Positions 1 through 10,625 of a stretch of DNA of 64,000 bases are shown here, in pieces (position 1 is the first letter of the stretch; each line of letters begins with the position of its first letter). The notes beneath the pieces are model-generated. The model had not been told where the DNA came from. It did not search any database and saw nothing but the letters and a program-made list of their open reading frames with translations. The DNA is taken from positions 1,520,420 to 1,584,419 of the forward strand of contig NW_024055497.1 of NCBI RefSeq assembly GCF_902713615.1. The letters are read 5' to 3'. The DNA is from Scyliorhinus canicula. Its lineage: Eukaryota. The position numbers and the translations under genes were made by a program.

Positions 1-78
1 CCGGTCTGATAATTCCTTGTTTGAATATGGATTTAGATCCAGGTCATGGAGGCTCTGTTTGTCAGTTGCTGTCCTTAG

Positions 79-368
79 ATCTAAACACAGTTGTAGAAGG
101 GAAAACTGAAAAAGGTATATGCAACATCAGCTTCATTATTTATTCTGACTTCAAGGGTAGAGATACACAGCGCGTGAAGTTGCACTGCAGAAATTCTGGG
201 TCGGTAAATGAAAGTTTTGCCAAACCATATTTATCGGTAGAATTCGAGACCTCAACTCAATTCACCCGTTGAAGCTTCAAGGGGCGGCAGCTGACTGTCT
301 ACCGTCTATTACTGCGTTCTGTCTGTGGGAATTGTGATGGAAAGCAGTCTTAACCCTGTACGTTTACC
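79..368 (+). pseudogene. Degenerate TCR V relic with decayed 23-RSS
   Basis: TVVEGKTEKGICNIS resembles FR1. 298-330 reads tct acc gtc tat tac tgc gtt ctg (STVYYCVL), out of frame with the upstream part. It is followed by aattgtg (330-336), exactly 23 nt, then acgtttacc (360-368). No FR2 Trp. Confidence 0.4.
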
Positions 369-479
369 TTGGACAGTAGATCAGTACTCCTGTCTGTTTG
401 GGGGTTCTACAGAATCTCGGGCAGTAATATGAGCAGCGCTGTCAGCCTCTCAAACCAAATACTGCCAACAAACCAACGA

Positions 480-620
480 AAACGTCAGGATACCGGTTCC
501 AGAAGGGTACCTCTGACGTCACAAAGAACCGGCAGACTGACATCACAGATAGTACAGACTGACTTCAGAGAGACTGCAGTCTGACTTTCCTCAGGCGGAA
601 GCACTGACGCATGCGCACTC
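480..620. promoter_or_regulatory. Promoter-like motif cluster (CRE, CRE-like, NRF1-like)
   Basis: TGACGTCA 514-521, TGACATCA 538-545, CGCATGCGCA 608-617. No adjacent gene start. Confidence 0.3.
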
Positions 621-867
621 TCCTGCTTGTGGTGGAACAGCAATGCTGAAGCTCCCTCATACCTTCACTTTGTTATCCACATTCCCAGGAACACCTTTCT
701 GGCCTCTGCAGTGTATCTGGTGTAGGGCTCAGTTTGATGCACAACAGCGTTGCCTTCTCAGTTTGGGTTCTGCTGACAGGTATTTTACAAATTGGTTTTG
801 ATCTGAGATGTGAATCTGAGCTACACTTTCGTGATCCGATTCAGTGAGAGATCCCCAGTGCCTTGTC

Positions 868-1452
868 GATTTTTGTACGGACTGAATGCATCTCAGCGCA
901 CAGAGAAACACGGCAGAGTCAGGGACAGAAGCTCAACTAATATGTAGAGCAACTGTTTCCTTGTCCTGGTCGGAATTCTGGAGAACTGACCCCCTGCCCC
1001 TTGCCATACCTTCTCAGTAAATATCCCGGAGCTTCTGCAGAATAGCGAATGTATCAAAGAGGTAGGGATAGCTATCCGATGTATAGTAATTGCAGTTTTG
1101 TGTTACGGTCTGTCCTTCCTGAATCATCTATGGGACATTGAATCCTTTCCACAAATTCTGAAACAAAGCATAGTGGGCTAAATCGCTGGCTTTTAAAGCA
1201 GACCAAGGCAGGCCAGCAGCACGGTTCAATCCCCATACTAGACTCGTCGAACAGGCGCCGGAATGTGGCGACTAGGGGCTTTGCACAGTAACTTCATTTG
1301 AAGCCTACTTGTGACAATAAGCGATTTTCATTTTCATTTCACCTGTGCCAGACGTCAGAGTAAATGCAAATAATGGAATATGGAAACGACTCAGCAATCC
1401 ACTCACCGGGCAGCACGACCATCGTTACCGGGAAATGGCATAGGAGAAATAT
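868..1452 (-). pseudogene. TCR alpha/delta V pseudogene (leader 1452-1407, V exon 1157-891)
   Basis: Leader (ATA)FLLCHFPVTMVVLP-g|gtgagt, acceptor tttgtttcag. Frameshifted IQEGQTVTQNCNYYTSDSYPYLF / YIRYSAEAPGYLLRR / DQDKETVALHIS*ASVPDSAVFLCALR. Only 14 nt separate the coding end from nonamer acaaaaatc (876-868), so the heptamer is deleted. Confidence 0.85.
1170..1340 (+). mobile_element. tRNA-derived SINE in the intron of the V pseudogene
   Basis: Same family as 10950-11105, 16185-16362 and 51375-51595 (ggcgactaggggc...aagcctacttgtgacaataagcgattttcat tail). Confidence 0.75.
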
Positions 1453-2299
1453 GGTTGATGGCTTAGATTTCAGCTAACCAATCAGAATGTTTTAAATACT
1501 CCGAATGTTATAGACTGACATTGAAGAGTGAACACGGAACGGGGAATGCTTCGTTTATTGTGAATCTGAGGGACAGCTGCCAAGGAAGAGGATTGGCCGC
1601 TCTCTCCGAAATGGGACGAACGACGAACCAATCAGTGATGCAGGTGCCCGATTACTGCATGAACACTCAAAGCTCTTTCCGTACTAATCCGTTTATGGCT
1701 GTCGCTCTGTCGATGCACTTACACACACACCAGACGCACACGCAAACGCATTCATACAAACACTCAAGCAGAGGATCACACTTACAGTTAAACATATGTA
1801 ACCGTTACCCAGTGTGGCTAAACCTATTTCGGTATCTTTCTCTTTCTTGACCTTCTGCTTAAAGTTTTGCTTTCAATCGTTCTCTCTCTCTCATTGTCCC
1901 CCTGTGCACTCCTTCCATGTGCTTGTCTCTCTCTCTCCTTGCACCATCCATTTTTTGTCAGTATCACTTTCTACCTTGCTCACTCTTCTCTCATCCCATC
2001 TCTTGCAATATTTGACGAGGTTGAAAGTGAAGCAATTCCTGGTTTTGATATGGCCCATTAATAATTCCAAACTTAACGTGAGAAACACTATGCGCACGAT
2101 CAGAATTAAAAACTGTGCACACAATGGCTTGATTAGTTGAAGTAATTTATATACATTGAAAATGTTTGCTGTGAAAAATCTTTACCAAATTACCTAGTAG
2201 CACTGTCTTGCATCAGGGTTTGGTAAAATAAGCATAACTGCAGACACCAGGAATCAGACGTGGAGACGGACAAATAAACACTTCCAGACGCATAAGCCT

Positions 2300-2520
2300 A
2301 AAAGGAAGGCAATAAAGAACACATGCATGCACCCACATACAACACACACATAAGCACACACATACTTAAACAGACATACATTCTCTCACACAAACATAAA
2401 CACACATGCACACATACACACACATTCACACACGCACACACACGCGCACACAAAGCAAACATTGGCAGACAGGCCATATACATTTCATAGCAAATTACAC
2501 AGTTAATAATGAGGCATGAC
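2300..2520. repeat. Degenerate (CA)n-rich low-complexity tract
   Basis: Runs of acacac/gcacac. Confidence 0.7.
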
Positions 2521-2949
2521 TGCATGCAGATAATTCGTTAATTGGATCCAGCAGTTTGTCAGAAACATTGGCAAATAGTTCAAAACAAGTCGAAAAATTT
2601 CTGAGGATAATGAGAGGAACTGAATTCAGGGACTGCCCTTTCTCACTTCCCGTCATGGACACTTTTTCAAGGTGGATATTTTCAACTGTCCCTCATTGGA
2701 AAAAAATGAGGTTGCTATTCATCTCCACGGAAGCATCTTATTTTCAAGCGCGTTCCCGTTTCTGAAGGGCAGGAAATTCGACCTCCGGCCGCAATCTGAT
2801 CAACTGTGATCTTACTGAATGTTCGAAGGGTCAACTGATCTGCGCTCGATGCTATTTCTTATATGGTTAGTTTCATATAATGTAGAGAGGACCAAAAGAT
2901 GCTTACAAAACAATTATCTCAGGTTTCTTAGGCGGAATATCAATGTCAT

Positions 2950-3374
2950 TATGTTTTTAAGACCAGGGCATATACATTCCCCTTGAGGGGTTAGTCTATC
3001 CCGTGGAAGGACTGATGAAAAAAGCCGATGTTGTTGTGTTGCTAATTCCGGAGTTTCTGAGGGGAAGAGCTCCTCACTGGCCATACTAACTGTCTACGGT
3101 CTAAATAGGATGGGTAATAGGCAGGCAGTGGCCCCGTGAGTTAACTGAAGAGGAAATTGTGGTAAATTACAAAAATAGAAATGAAATACGGAGTGCCCCA
3201 CGGGTTTGAGGAAAATGGGATTGTTGGACAAACAAGTAGAATCAGTGATATTTGGGGGGGGGGGGGGGGGGTGAAAAGATCAGTCAGAGCAGAATGGAGT
3301 TTTAAAGTGAGGGAAAGAGTTTCTGAAAAGTCAGATCATGTCGAGAAGTGGAACCAGGAGGATCCTGAATTAAT
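2950..3374 (-). pseudogene. Highly decayed TCR V relic
   Basis: A leader-like segment at 3374-3318 aligns loosely to the 9313-9268 leader and sits the expected distance from conserved block 3400-3690. Acceptor ttcctcttcag at 3145. Fragments FPSETPEL and HRLFSSVL recall FR2/FR3. Confidence 0.35.
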
Positions 3375-3399
3375 CCCTCTTCAGTGGAGGAAGTGATCA

Positions 3400-3690
3400 G
3401 CTGGAGCAGAAATACACACTCCCAGACCACTGCGTTGCTGACCTATCCGATGCCACGAATGGGTCATGTGCAGTAATGTCCCCAACAGCACAGTCGTTTC
3501 AGAATGAAAATGGGAACAGCAAACGGAAGCTGCGCCCCGGGACACCGCAGATTCTAAACTAGTCAGACTGTGCGGCTGGTATCAGCTGCAGGCGGGTTGC
3601 CGGAGCGGAAATAGCGACGGTTGAATCTTTTGAGGCCTGTGACCATCCTGCACCTGCGCCCTGCTCAAGTGAGTGAGAACAATTAGTGGG
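3400..3690 (-). promoter_or_regulatory. Conserved V-upstream block, copy 1
   Basis: Aligns with 6262-6540 and 9360-9640 (cagaaatac, cggaag/cggaaa ETS-like cores, ctgcac.tgc.c.ctg.tcaag). Confidence 0.6.
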
Positions 3691-4609
3691 GGGGCTGGCA
3701 TGAATCACCCAGAAGTATCGAAAATAAGGGAACGGAATGAGCATTCGGCTTACCGTGCACATGCCTGTTTGAAAATGCTGTCCCAATCGTCTTTCGCACC
3801 CCAAATCTTCCATATTGCTTTCCCTTTCCAGATTATGACAATCCCCTTTTGAAATTTGCTGTTGAATCTTATTCTGTCATTATTTTACGCGTCGTGTTCT
3901 GGATATTAACAAATCGGAATATTATGAATGAATACATCATTCTCTATCATATTGTTCCATGAAATCAGGATGATTTGTCATTGGAACCGCTGCTAATGGG
4001 ATCAATTACAGACTATCTACGCTTCGAAATGGCATATTTTTCAGCAAAACGATTGTGTCTTCCTTCTACCTCCTTTGTGACAGATAAATGAATACAAAGT
4101 TCTCTGGGTCTTTTGCATAAACGGCCCTAGTCCCTGGTAATCTTTAAATATATAACATCCGCACTTTCTGCAACGTCCGAACACTACTTCTCATTTGTCA
4201 TGCACCGGATTTGGAAAGAAACGGGCAGCAAAGATTTCATCGATTAAGCATCCCTTTCTGACATCAACAGCAGTAAAAACTGTTTCGTAGCAGATCCAAT
4301 TTAGATTTCTGGGAAACATTCGTGTCTTCTTGTGTATTTCAATGCACCCTGAATCCATTCAGTGGCTGCATTGTAACTGGAATGAAACTACTCCGACACC
4401 AGGGGGCGCCACCTTCAAACATAGGGATGATGAACTTCCGTGACGGCACCGTCAAAACCAATAGGTGTTGGGGTCAGAGTGATGTTACAATGGGCCTGGC
4501 CCCCAGTAGTGTGTGGCTGGAACAATGAGCTGAACAGAGCGCGGGTTCCCTCTGCTTCTCAATCTCTGGCTTATTCCATTCCCATTCACTCAGAGAGGTT
4601 CTGTCAGAC

Positions 4610-5125
4610 ATGTTTCTGCTAATAATGGCGGCGCTGTTGGACGGTAAGTAATGGATAATGTTCATAAAATCATATTAGCAGGTTATAGATTGGAATTACA
4701 TTTAATATAATTAACGATCAAAAATATCCACATGATGAGTAGAGTTGAGTTTCCACAAACTCACACATATAAAAACAAATGTAGATGAATTATGTTTAGA
4801 ATTATTGATGATTCGTTTCTCTCCCTTTACAGGCGGACTAAGCGCAGATCCAGTAACTCAATCGCCGGTGACAAACACCGTGTCAGAAGGGAGTTCGGTG
4901 CGGCTGGATTGTGAATATACAGACTCCGCTATGCAGTCCATGCAATGGTATCACAAGAAAGCGGCACAGCCACCAATCTGGATTATTAGCAAGTTATTAG
5001 ATCTGAAGGATGATGCAGTGTCAGGACGATATCTGGCGGCTGCTGACAAGTCTAAACAGAACGGTTACCTCAATATAAGCGGCCTCAGTGTGGATGACGG
5101 GGCGGTCTATTACTGTGCAGTGAGG
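4610..5125 (+). CDS. Apparently functional TCR alpha/delta-type V segment (leader exon 4610-4643, V exon 4833-5125)
   Basis: MFLLIMAALLD-g|gtaagt, acceptor ctttacag. Open V domain DPVTQSP...LDCEY...QWYHK...DDGAVYYCAVR with both Cys and Trp, followed by a 23-RSS. Alpha versus delta cannot be resolved by eye. Confidence 0.9.
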
Positions 5126-5164
5126 CACAGCGTTAGAGAGCAGATAGAGCACCGTACAAAAACC
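5126..5164 (+). other. Recombination signal sequence, 23-bp spacer
   Basis: cacagcg (5126-5132) + 23 nt + acaaaaacc (5156-5164). Confidence 0.92.
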
Positions 5165-5234
5165 TCAGCGAGCATGTACAGCCCCACTAAGTCTGCTTCC
5201 CTGTCCTTGTCCGCGGGAATTGTTTGATCCTGGA

Positions 5235-5715
5235 TTCACGAACTCAGTCAGGTCTATTTATCGGACAGTTATATTGGTGTCTCCGCTGTTCTGCGGGTGA
5301 ACAGAGGATCAATTTGCGAAAGCACGAGAATCATCTCCAGCCACGATGTAGATGGTAAATTAGAACTTGGAAATCCAGCGTATCAGCAGGGGGTAATAAC
5401 AGCTCTCTGTGTTTGAGATAATGTCGCCGGAAATTAGAGTTAGCCCTTCCAGACGCGTTGACTCAGATTAGCCCAAGGCCGCCGAGTCTCCCGTACGTAC
5501 CTGTAACAAAACAGAGAATGTTTCGAACTCTGCTGTTGTATTTAACACAATAAATTGACAATAATAATTTCAACAATTCACGGAGCAACACGATTATTAT
5601 TATCATGCGGGACCATTTTGTTTGCTTTAGGCTTCAGTAGAAAATCGATTTTTCGATCAAAAACTCACCTCTTACCTGCTGCGAGGGAGTCACTCAGATA
5701 CCGAACTTGCTTCAG
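5235..5715 (-). pseudogene. Decayed TCR V pseudogene (leader 5715-5676, V exon from 5500)
   Basis: Leader (CTG)KQVRYLSDSLAA-g|gtaag is phase 1; acceptor tttgttacag. GTYGDSAALG*SESTRLEG... and FAN*SSVHPQNSGDTNITV (TGA probably from CGA of RFSV). No YYC or RSS left. Confidence 0.55.
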
Positions 5716-6179
5716 AGGGGCGCGGCTCACGGTGAGGGCGATAAAACTCCCGTCCCTCGGATAAATCCACAAGTCATGAACGCCCGTTACCGCCACCGCC
5801 TTGTAGTTGTATCGTCCTTACAGATTTGCTGCACTGTCACGGGGAGCAATGCTACTGACGTTGTCTTTCACCCAAGCGCCTCTGCCGATCAGAGGATTGG
5901 CCGTCTCTGCTGAGCTGAACAGGGCCTGGTCTGATCGTCAGTACCCCGCTCCTGCTGCTACACTGAGCTGTCTACACTATTGTAGATCCTTCCTCTTTCT
6001 GTGGTCAGACAGCTCAACCGTTCTGTGCCTCGATCGCTAACAATATATATTTATGTACAGGGATTTATCTGTATGTGAGTCATATTGAGATCACTTCTAC
6101 CTGTGCTGCTGTGCAGATTCCCTCCAATCGGACGCAACATGAACCATGCAGGCTGCCCGTGGGGAGAATGGTTTTTTCC

Positions 6180-6540
6180 CGTGAGGTGAGATGTTGAGGA
6201 GAGCTGAGAGGCGGTTCCCCGTGACAGTTCCTGACTTAGTTGCTCCCAGGCAATTATCTGTCAGAGCAGAAATACAGATTCAGGTGCCACTGCACTGTTG
6301 CTCAGACCAATGAGAGGAATGCAGCAGCGACAACAATGTCTAGAATATCACAATTTTGTTAGAGCGAGATCAACAAACGGAAACTGTGACCGCGGACACC
6401 ACAGACTCTAAACTGATAAAAAAAAAGTGTACGGCGGCTATCAGCTCCAGTCGCAAGTGAGGGAGCGGAAGTAGCGAGGGGTAACCTGCACTTGCTCACT
6501 GCTCAAGTCACTGAGAACAATATAGAGGGAAGGCACTTCC
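6180..6540 (-). pseudogene. V leader relic (ACG start at 6222) plus conserved upstream block copy 2 (6262-6540)
   Basis: acg ggg aac cgc ctc tca gct ctc ctc, (M>T)GNRLSALL, parallels MRNHLASLL of the 9313 gene at matching distance from the block. The V exon is barely traceable (KEEGSTIV near 5980). Confidence 0.5.
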
Positions 6541-6584
6541 CACCGGCGAGAAGGGACCAGATTGAATTTAGCCTCCCTGCCCCT

Positions 6585-6912
6585 ATTTCATAGGTTCACA
6601 TAATCCACAGTGCAGAAGGAGGCCACCCGGCCCATCGAGTTCGCACCGGCTCCCGGAAAGAGCACCCCACCCAAGCCCACACCTCCACCCCATCTGCGCA
6701 ACCAAACACAATCGTTGTGAACATTTAGCATGGCCAATCCACCGAACCTGCACATCTTTGGAGTGTGGGCGGAAACGGAGCACTCGGAGGAAACCCACGC
6801 AGACGCGGGGAGACCGTGCAGACTCCGCACAGACAGTGAACCAAGCCGGGAATCAAACCTGGGACCCAGGAGCTGTGAAGCAACAGCGCGAACCACCGTG
6901 CTACCGTACCGC
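6585..6912 (-). mobile_element. tRNA-derived SINE (HE1-like) inserted into an RSS spacer
   Basis: Head gcggtacggtagcacggtgg begins 1 nt after heptamer cacagtg; CR1-like 3' tail. Confidence 0.8.
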
Positions 6913-6913
6913 G

Positions 6914-7055
6914 CACTGTGCTCCCGTGACGCTCACAGACATACACGGCGCTGTGGTAAATCATTGTGTTACTGGTCGTTAGCTCCGTAATCTTGTCCTT
7001 TTAATATTTGGCATTCCCAGGATTTAGACGGAATATTCCAGCGATGATTTCCACA
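6914..7055 (-). pseudogene. TCR V 3' fragment with intact heptamer
   Basis: DKITELTTSNTMIYHSAVYVCERHGS is closely similar at DNA level to 8820-8885. Heptamer cacagtg at 6920-6914. FR2 remnant near 7040. Confidence 0.75.
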
Positions 7056-7109
7056 AATTTAGCATAATTGTCAGATTACAGAAACATGCAAAAATCAACG
7101 GAAAACCAA

Positions 7110-7545
7110 CACTTCAACCAAACCATAATGCACATACCCGCTCCTCTCACATAGACACTATCCGCCTATTTAGTCCTCCTACTCTACTCTAATCTCTCCC
7201 CTCCCCCCTCTCCCCCAGTCCCCCTGCTGACGCTCACTCTCCCGCAAAGAAGTCGATGAATGGTTGCCACCTTCGGGCGAACCCCAATACAGATCCCCTC
7301 AAGGTGAACCTGATTTTTTTCCATACCCAGAAAACTTGACATGTCCGAAAGCCATAGCCCGGCCTTCTGGGGTTTTGAGCCACCACTACCTCCAGCTCTT
7401 TGTCCGTCGGGAGCATCATAATCACATTAAGCTATTTTCTCACTTTGGCTGTCAGCTGCCTGCCTTTAACAAACCCTGTTTGGTCGTCCCCAATCACCTT
7501 ACCAAACTCTTTGACCAAGTTGTTGATCATATGACTTAATATGTC
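7110..7545 (-). mobile_element. L1-type LINE fragment (RT piece joined to ORF2 C-terminus and 3' UTR)
   Basis: KIRFTLRGSVLGFARRWQPFIDFF matches the C-termini at 25188-25412 and 55330-55410. Confidence 0.75.
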
Positions 7546-7749
7546 CCTATGTTCCTGTGAAACTCGTTGGGGCATTTTATTGTGTGAAAAGCTCTACATG
7601 AATCTAAATTACTGCATTTATTGTCTTTCAGTGAGACCTGATAGTTTACTGAATGAGTGGGTCTGTACACTAAGATAGGAACAAGTAGCAGGAGTTAAAG
7701 TTTCGCAGATCGATTCATCAATCCTACATCTCTTATAAATGTGAGTTAC

Positions 7750-8620
7750 CGATGACACAACATTTGGTGGAGTTGTAGATAGTGTCTAGGGCTGTTGCAG
7801 GTTACAATAGGACACTGACAAGAAGCAGAGCTGGGCTGAGAAGTGGCAGATGGAGTTCAACCTAGATAAATGTGAAATGATTCATTTTGAAAGGTCGAAT
7901 TTGAGTGCTGAATACAGAGTGAAAGGCAGGATTCTTGGAAGTGTGGAGGAACAGAGGGATCTTGGCATCCACCTACATAGATCCCTCAATAGTTGCCACG
8001 CAGGTTGATAGGGTTGTTAAGAAGGCGTATGGTGCGTTGGCTTTCATTAACATGGGCACTGAGTTTAAGAGTTGCGAGGTTTTGCTGCAGCTTAATAAAA
8101 CCCTGGTTAGACCACACTTGGCATATCTTGTCCAGTTCTCCTTGCCTCATTATAGGAAGGATGTGGATTTTTTTGGAGAGGGTGCAGAGGCGATTTACCA
8201 GGAGGCTGCCTGGAGTGGAGGGCATGTCTTATGAAGAAAGGTTGAGGGAGCTAGGGATGTTCTCACTGGAGCGAAGAAGGAAGAGAGGTGGCTTGACAGA
8301 GGTGTACAAGGTGATGAGAGGCATGGATAAAGTGGATAGCCAGAGACTTTTCCCCAGGGAGGAAATGGCTGTCACGAGGGGACATAATTTTAAGATGATT
8401 AGTGAAAGGTAGAGGAGAGATGTCAGAGGTAGGTTCTTTATAAATAGAGTGGTGGGTGCGTGGAATGCACTGCCAGCGGAGGTGGTGGTTAGAGTCATTA
8501 GGAACGTTTAAGCGATTCTTGGACAGGCACATGGACAGCAGGTTAGGTTGATCTTATAATAGGATAAATGGTCGGCACAACATCGTGGCCTGGAGGGCCT
8601 GTACTGTTCTATGTTCTATG
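7750..8620 (+). mobile_element. 5'-truncated, degenerate CR1 LINE
   Basis: RT C-terminal pieces (LVRPHLAY, ERVQRRFTR, YEERLRELG) and a gttctat tail. Confidence 0.85.
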
Positions 8621-8770
8621 TAAACTGGTATAACTGTGCAGGCGGGCCCCACTATTGATGATTTTGAGTGTTGTGATTTTTTTCCCCAATTTTTGTCACT
8701 CTCACTGTGCAACTGAACTATCAATGAGGACGCGCCCCCTGCTGTGCAGTAGCTGGAACTGCCAGTGTGG

Positions 8771-8809
8771 GGTTTTTGTACGGGTCCACTGTATCTCTGT
8801 AGCAGTGTG
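8771..8809 (-). other. Recombination signal sequence, 23-bp spacer
   Basis: Minus strand: cacactg (8809-8803) + 23 nt + acaaaaacc (8779-8771). Confidence 0.92.
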
Positions 8810-9313
8810 GGCTGCATGGCACAGAAATACACGGCGCAGTCGGGTATCATTGTGTTACTGATCGTTAGCTCGGTAGTCTTGTTCTTTTTATCAAATGTAG
8901 AAGAAAACCGATCGTTGAGGTCGGTGTTCCTTTGCTCAGCCAGTCCAATAAATCGAAGCATGTACATTGGAGCTTTCCCGGGTTGCTGACTGTACCAGTA
9001 CACATAGGGGTTAGGCTCGCCTGTTTTCAAGGTGCAGGTTAATGTAACTTCACTTTTCTCTTTAACCGTTATTTCAGGTTTCTTTTGCTCCACGGAGTCT
9101 TGGTGGCTCCATTCTAACAGAAGTAACAGCGAGAATGACAATCAGAGTCAGCCTCACATTAAGCAACACAACCATCAATAACATGATCATTGTCATTTTA
9201 CCAACAATAACATCTGGTTTACAGCAGTCAGGAAGAGAATGGAGTGTACTGGGAAGGAAATACTTACTGAGAAGTAAGAAAACAATGAGGAGCGAAGCGA
9301 GATGGTTTCTCAT
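8810..9313 (-). CDS. Apparently functional TCR alpha/delta-type V segment (leader exon 9313-9268, V exon 9113-8810)
   Basis: MRNHLASLLIVFLLL-a|gtaagt, acceptor ctgttag. Open DSVEQ...LTC...PYVYWYSQQPGKAP...DRFS...DCAVYFCAMQP, followed by a 23-RSS. Confidence 0.92.
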
Positions 9314-9359
9314 AATCCTTCTTTAGTTTATGATTCTACAATGAAAGAAACGCTCGGTT

Positions 9360-9640
9360 AGAGACAGAAATACAGATCACCGCCCTGCTGATCCGACCAA
9401 TGAAAGGAATGAACCACAAGCAGCAATCTCTCCAGTAAGACAATTGGGTCAGAGTGAGAGCAGCAACCGGAAGCTGTACCGCAGTCTGAATATTGAGTGA
9501 AGTGTGCGGTGACTTTCAGCTGCACTCGGAACTGATGGAGTGGAAATAGCGACGGTTCAATCTTCACTACACCGTAACCATCCTGCACTTGCTCACTGTT
9601 CAAGGCACTGAGATGAAATAGATCGGAAGTGAGATGACGG
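9360..9640 (-). promoter_or_regulatory. Conserved V-upstream block, copy 3 (likely promoter of the 9313 V gene)
   Basis: Starts about 50 nt upstream of the ATG; CCAAT and CCGGAAG motifs; paralogous to two other copies. Confidence 0.6.
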
Positions 9641-10080
9641 ACGATAATCTAGAATCTTAGGGCCAGGGGTGAGGCCACACGACCTATATTTCCCGAGACC
9701 CTTTGAAAGAGTTACCCTATTCCTCTTTCAAAAACGGCATTTTCTACATAGCCCGGTAATTCCCGTTACATTTGTGCAGTTTTCTTCTTAAAGTTGGCGT
9801 TGAATCTTCTTCCGCCATTATTTAGTTTCCGCCTTCTATAGTTTAACACATCGCAGTGTATGAATGAATGGAATTTTCCTCGGCTGTATTTGTCCTCGAT
9901 CCATGTATTATCCAAGGGTCTGCAGTGGAAACAGCTCCGGGCGACCTTCATAAACAGAACCACTTTGCATTTGAGCAACTCAGTAAAGTCTCTCCTGTGC
10001 CTTCTTTGACCAAAGGGGAGGCGGTCATGTGGCGCCACCGCCAGCTTCCCTGCATCAGATTCCTTAGTCATAGTATTTAA

Positions 10081-10337
10081 CCATGATGTGGAGATGCCGG
10101 CGTTGGACTGGGGTGAGCACAGTAAGAAGTCTTACAACACCAGGTTAAAGTCCAACAGGTTTGTTTCAAACACGAGCTTTCGGAGCACGGCTCCTTCTTC
10201 AGGTGAATGGAAAGGCTTGTTCCAGAAATGTTTCTGGAACAAGCCTTTCCATTCACCTGAAGAAGGAGCCGTGCTCCGAAAGCTCGTGTTTGAAACAAAC
10301 CTGTTGGACTTTAACCTGGTGTTGTAAGACTTCTTAC
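10081..10337. mobile_element. Penelope-terminus-derived fold-back element (perfect 107-bp inverted repeat)
   Basis: Arms 10122-10228 and 10231-10337 are exact reverse complements around a 2-nt loop. The same terminus flanks GIY-YIG-coding Penelope remnants at 45350-46092 and 62635-64000. Confidence 0.85.
10254..10288 (+). ncRNA. Minimal type I hammerhead ribozyme motif (mirror copy 10171-10205 on -)
   Basis: CAC-CUGAAGA-A-GGAGC-cgu-GCUCC-GAA-AGCU-C-GUG: core, stem II, palindromic AGCU stem III and a 3-bp stem I, as described for Penelope-associated hammerheads. Confidence 0.6.
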
Positions 10338-10625
10338 ATAGTATTTAACAGCACAAGACTAGACCCTTCGGCCCATCATGTCTGTCCCGGTAATGAAGAA
10401 CCTTTCTATTTTAATCCCGTTTTTCAGAACCTGGTCCGTCGCCTTTCAAGTGCTCAACTAAATGAATCTTTTCATCCTATCTACTCTACCTATGTCCCTA
10501 ATAATATTGAACATCACAATCCCTCCGCCCTCAGCCTTTTCAGCTGCAAGGACAAATCCCCAGCCCTGACCAACCTCTTTTCATCGCTAAAAGACTCCAA
10601 TCTAGGCAACATCCTGGTAAATCTA

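Noticed and set aside
5833-6228. 13-bp inverted repeat (5833-5845 and 6216-6228) as transposon ends
   Set aside because: No TSD; one arm overlaps a V leader relic; a match of this length is plausible by chance in 64 kb.
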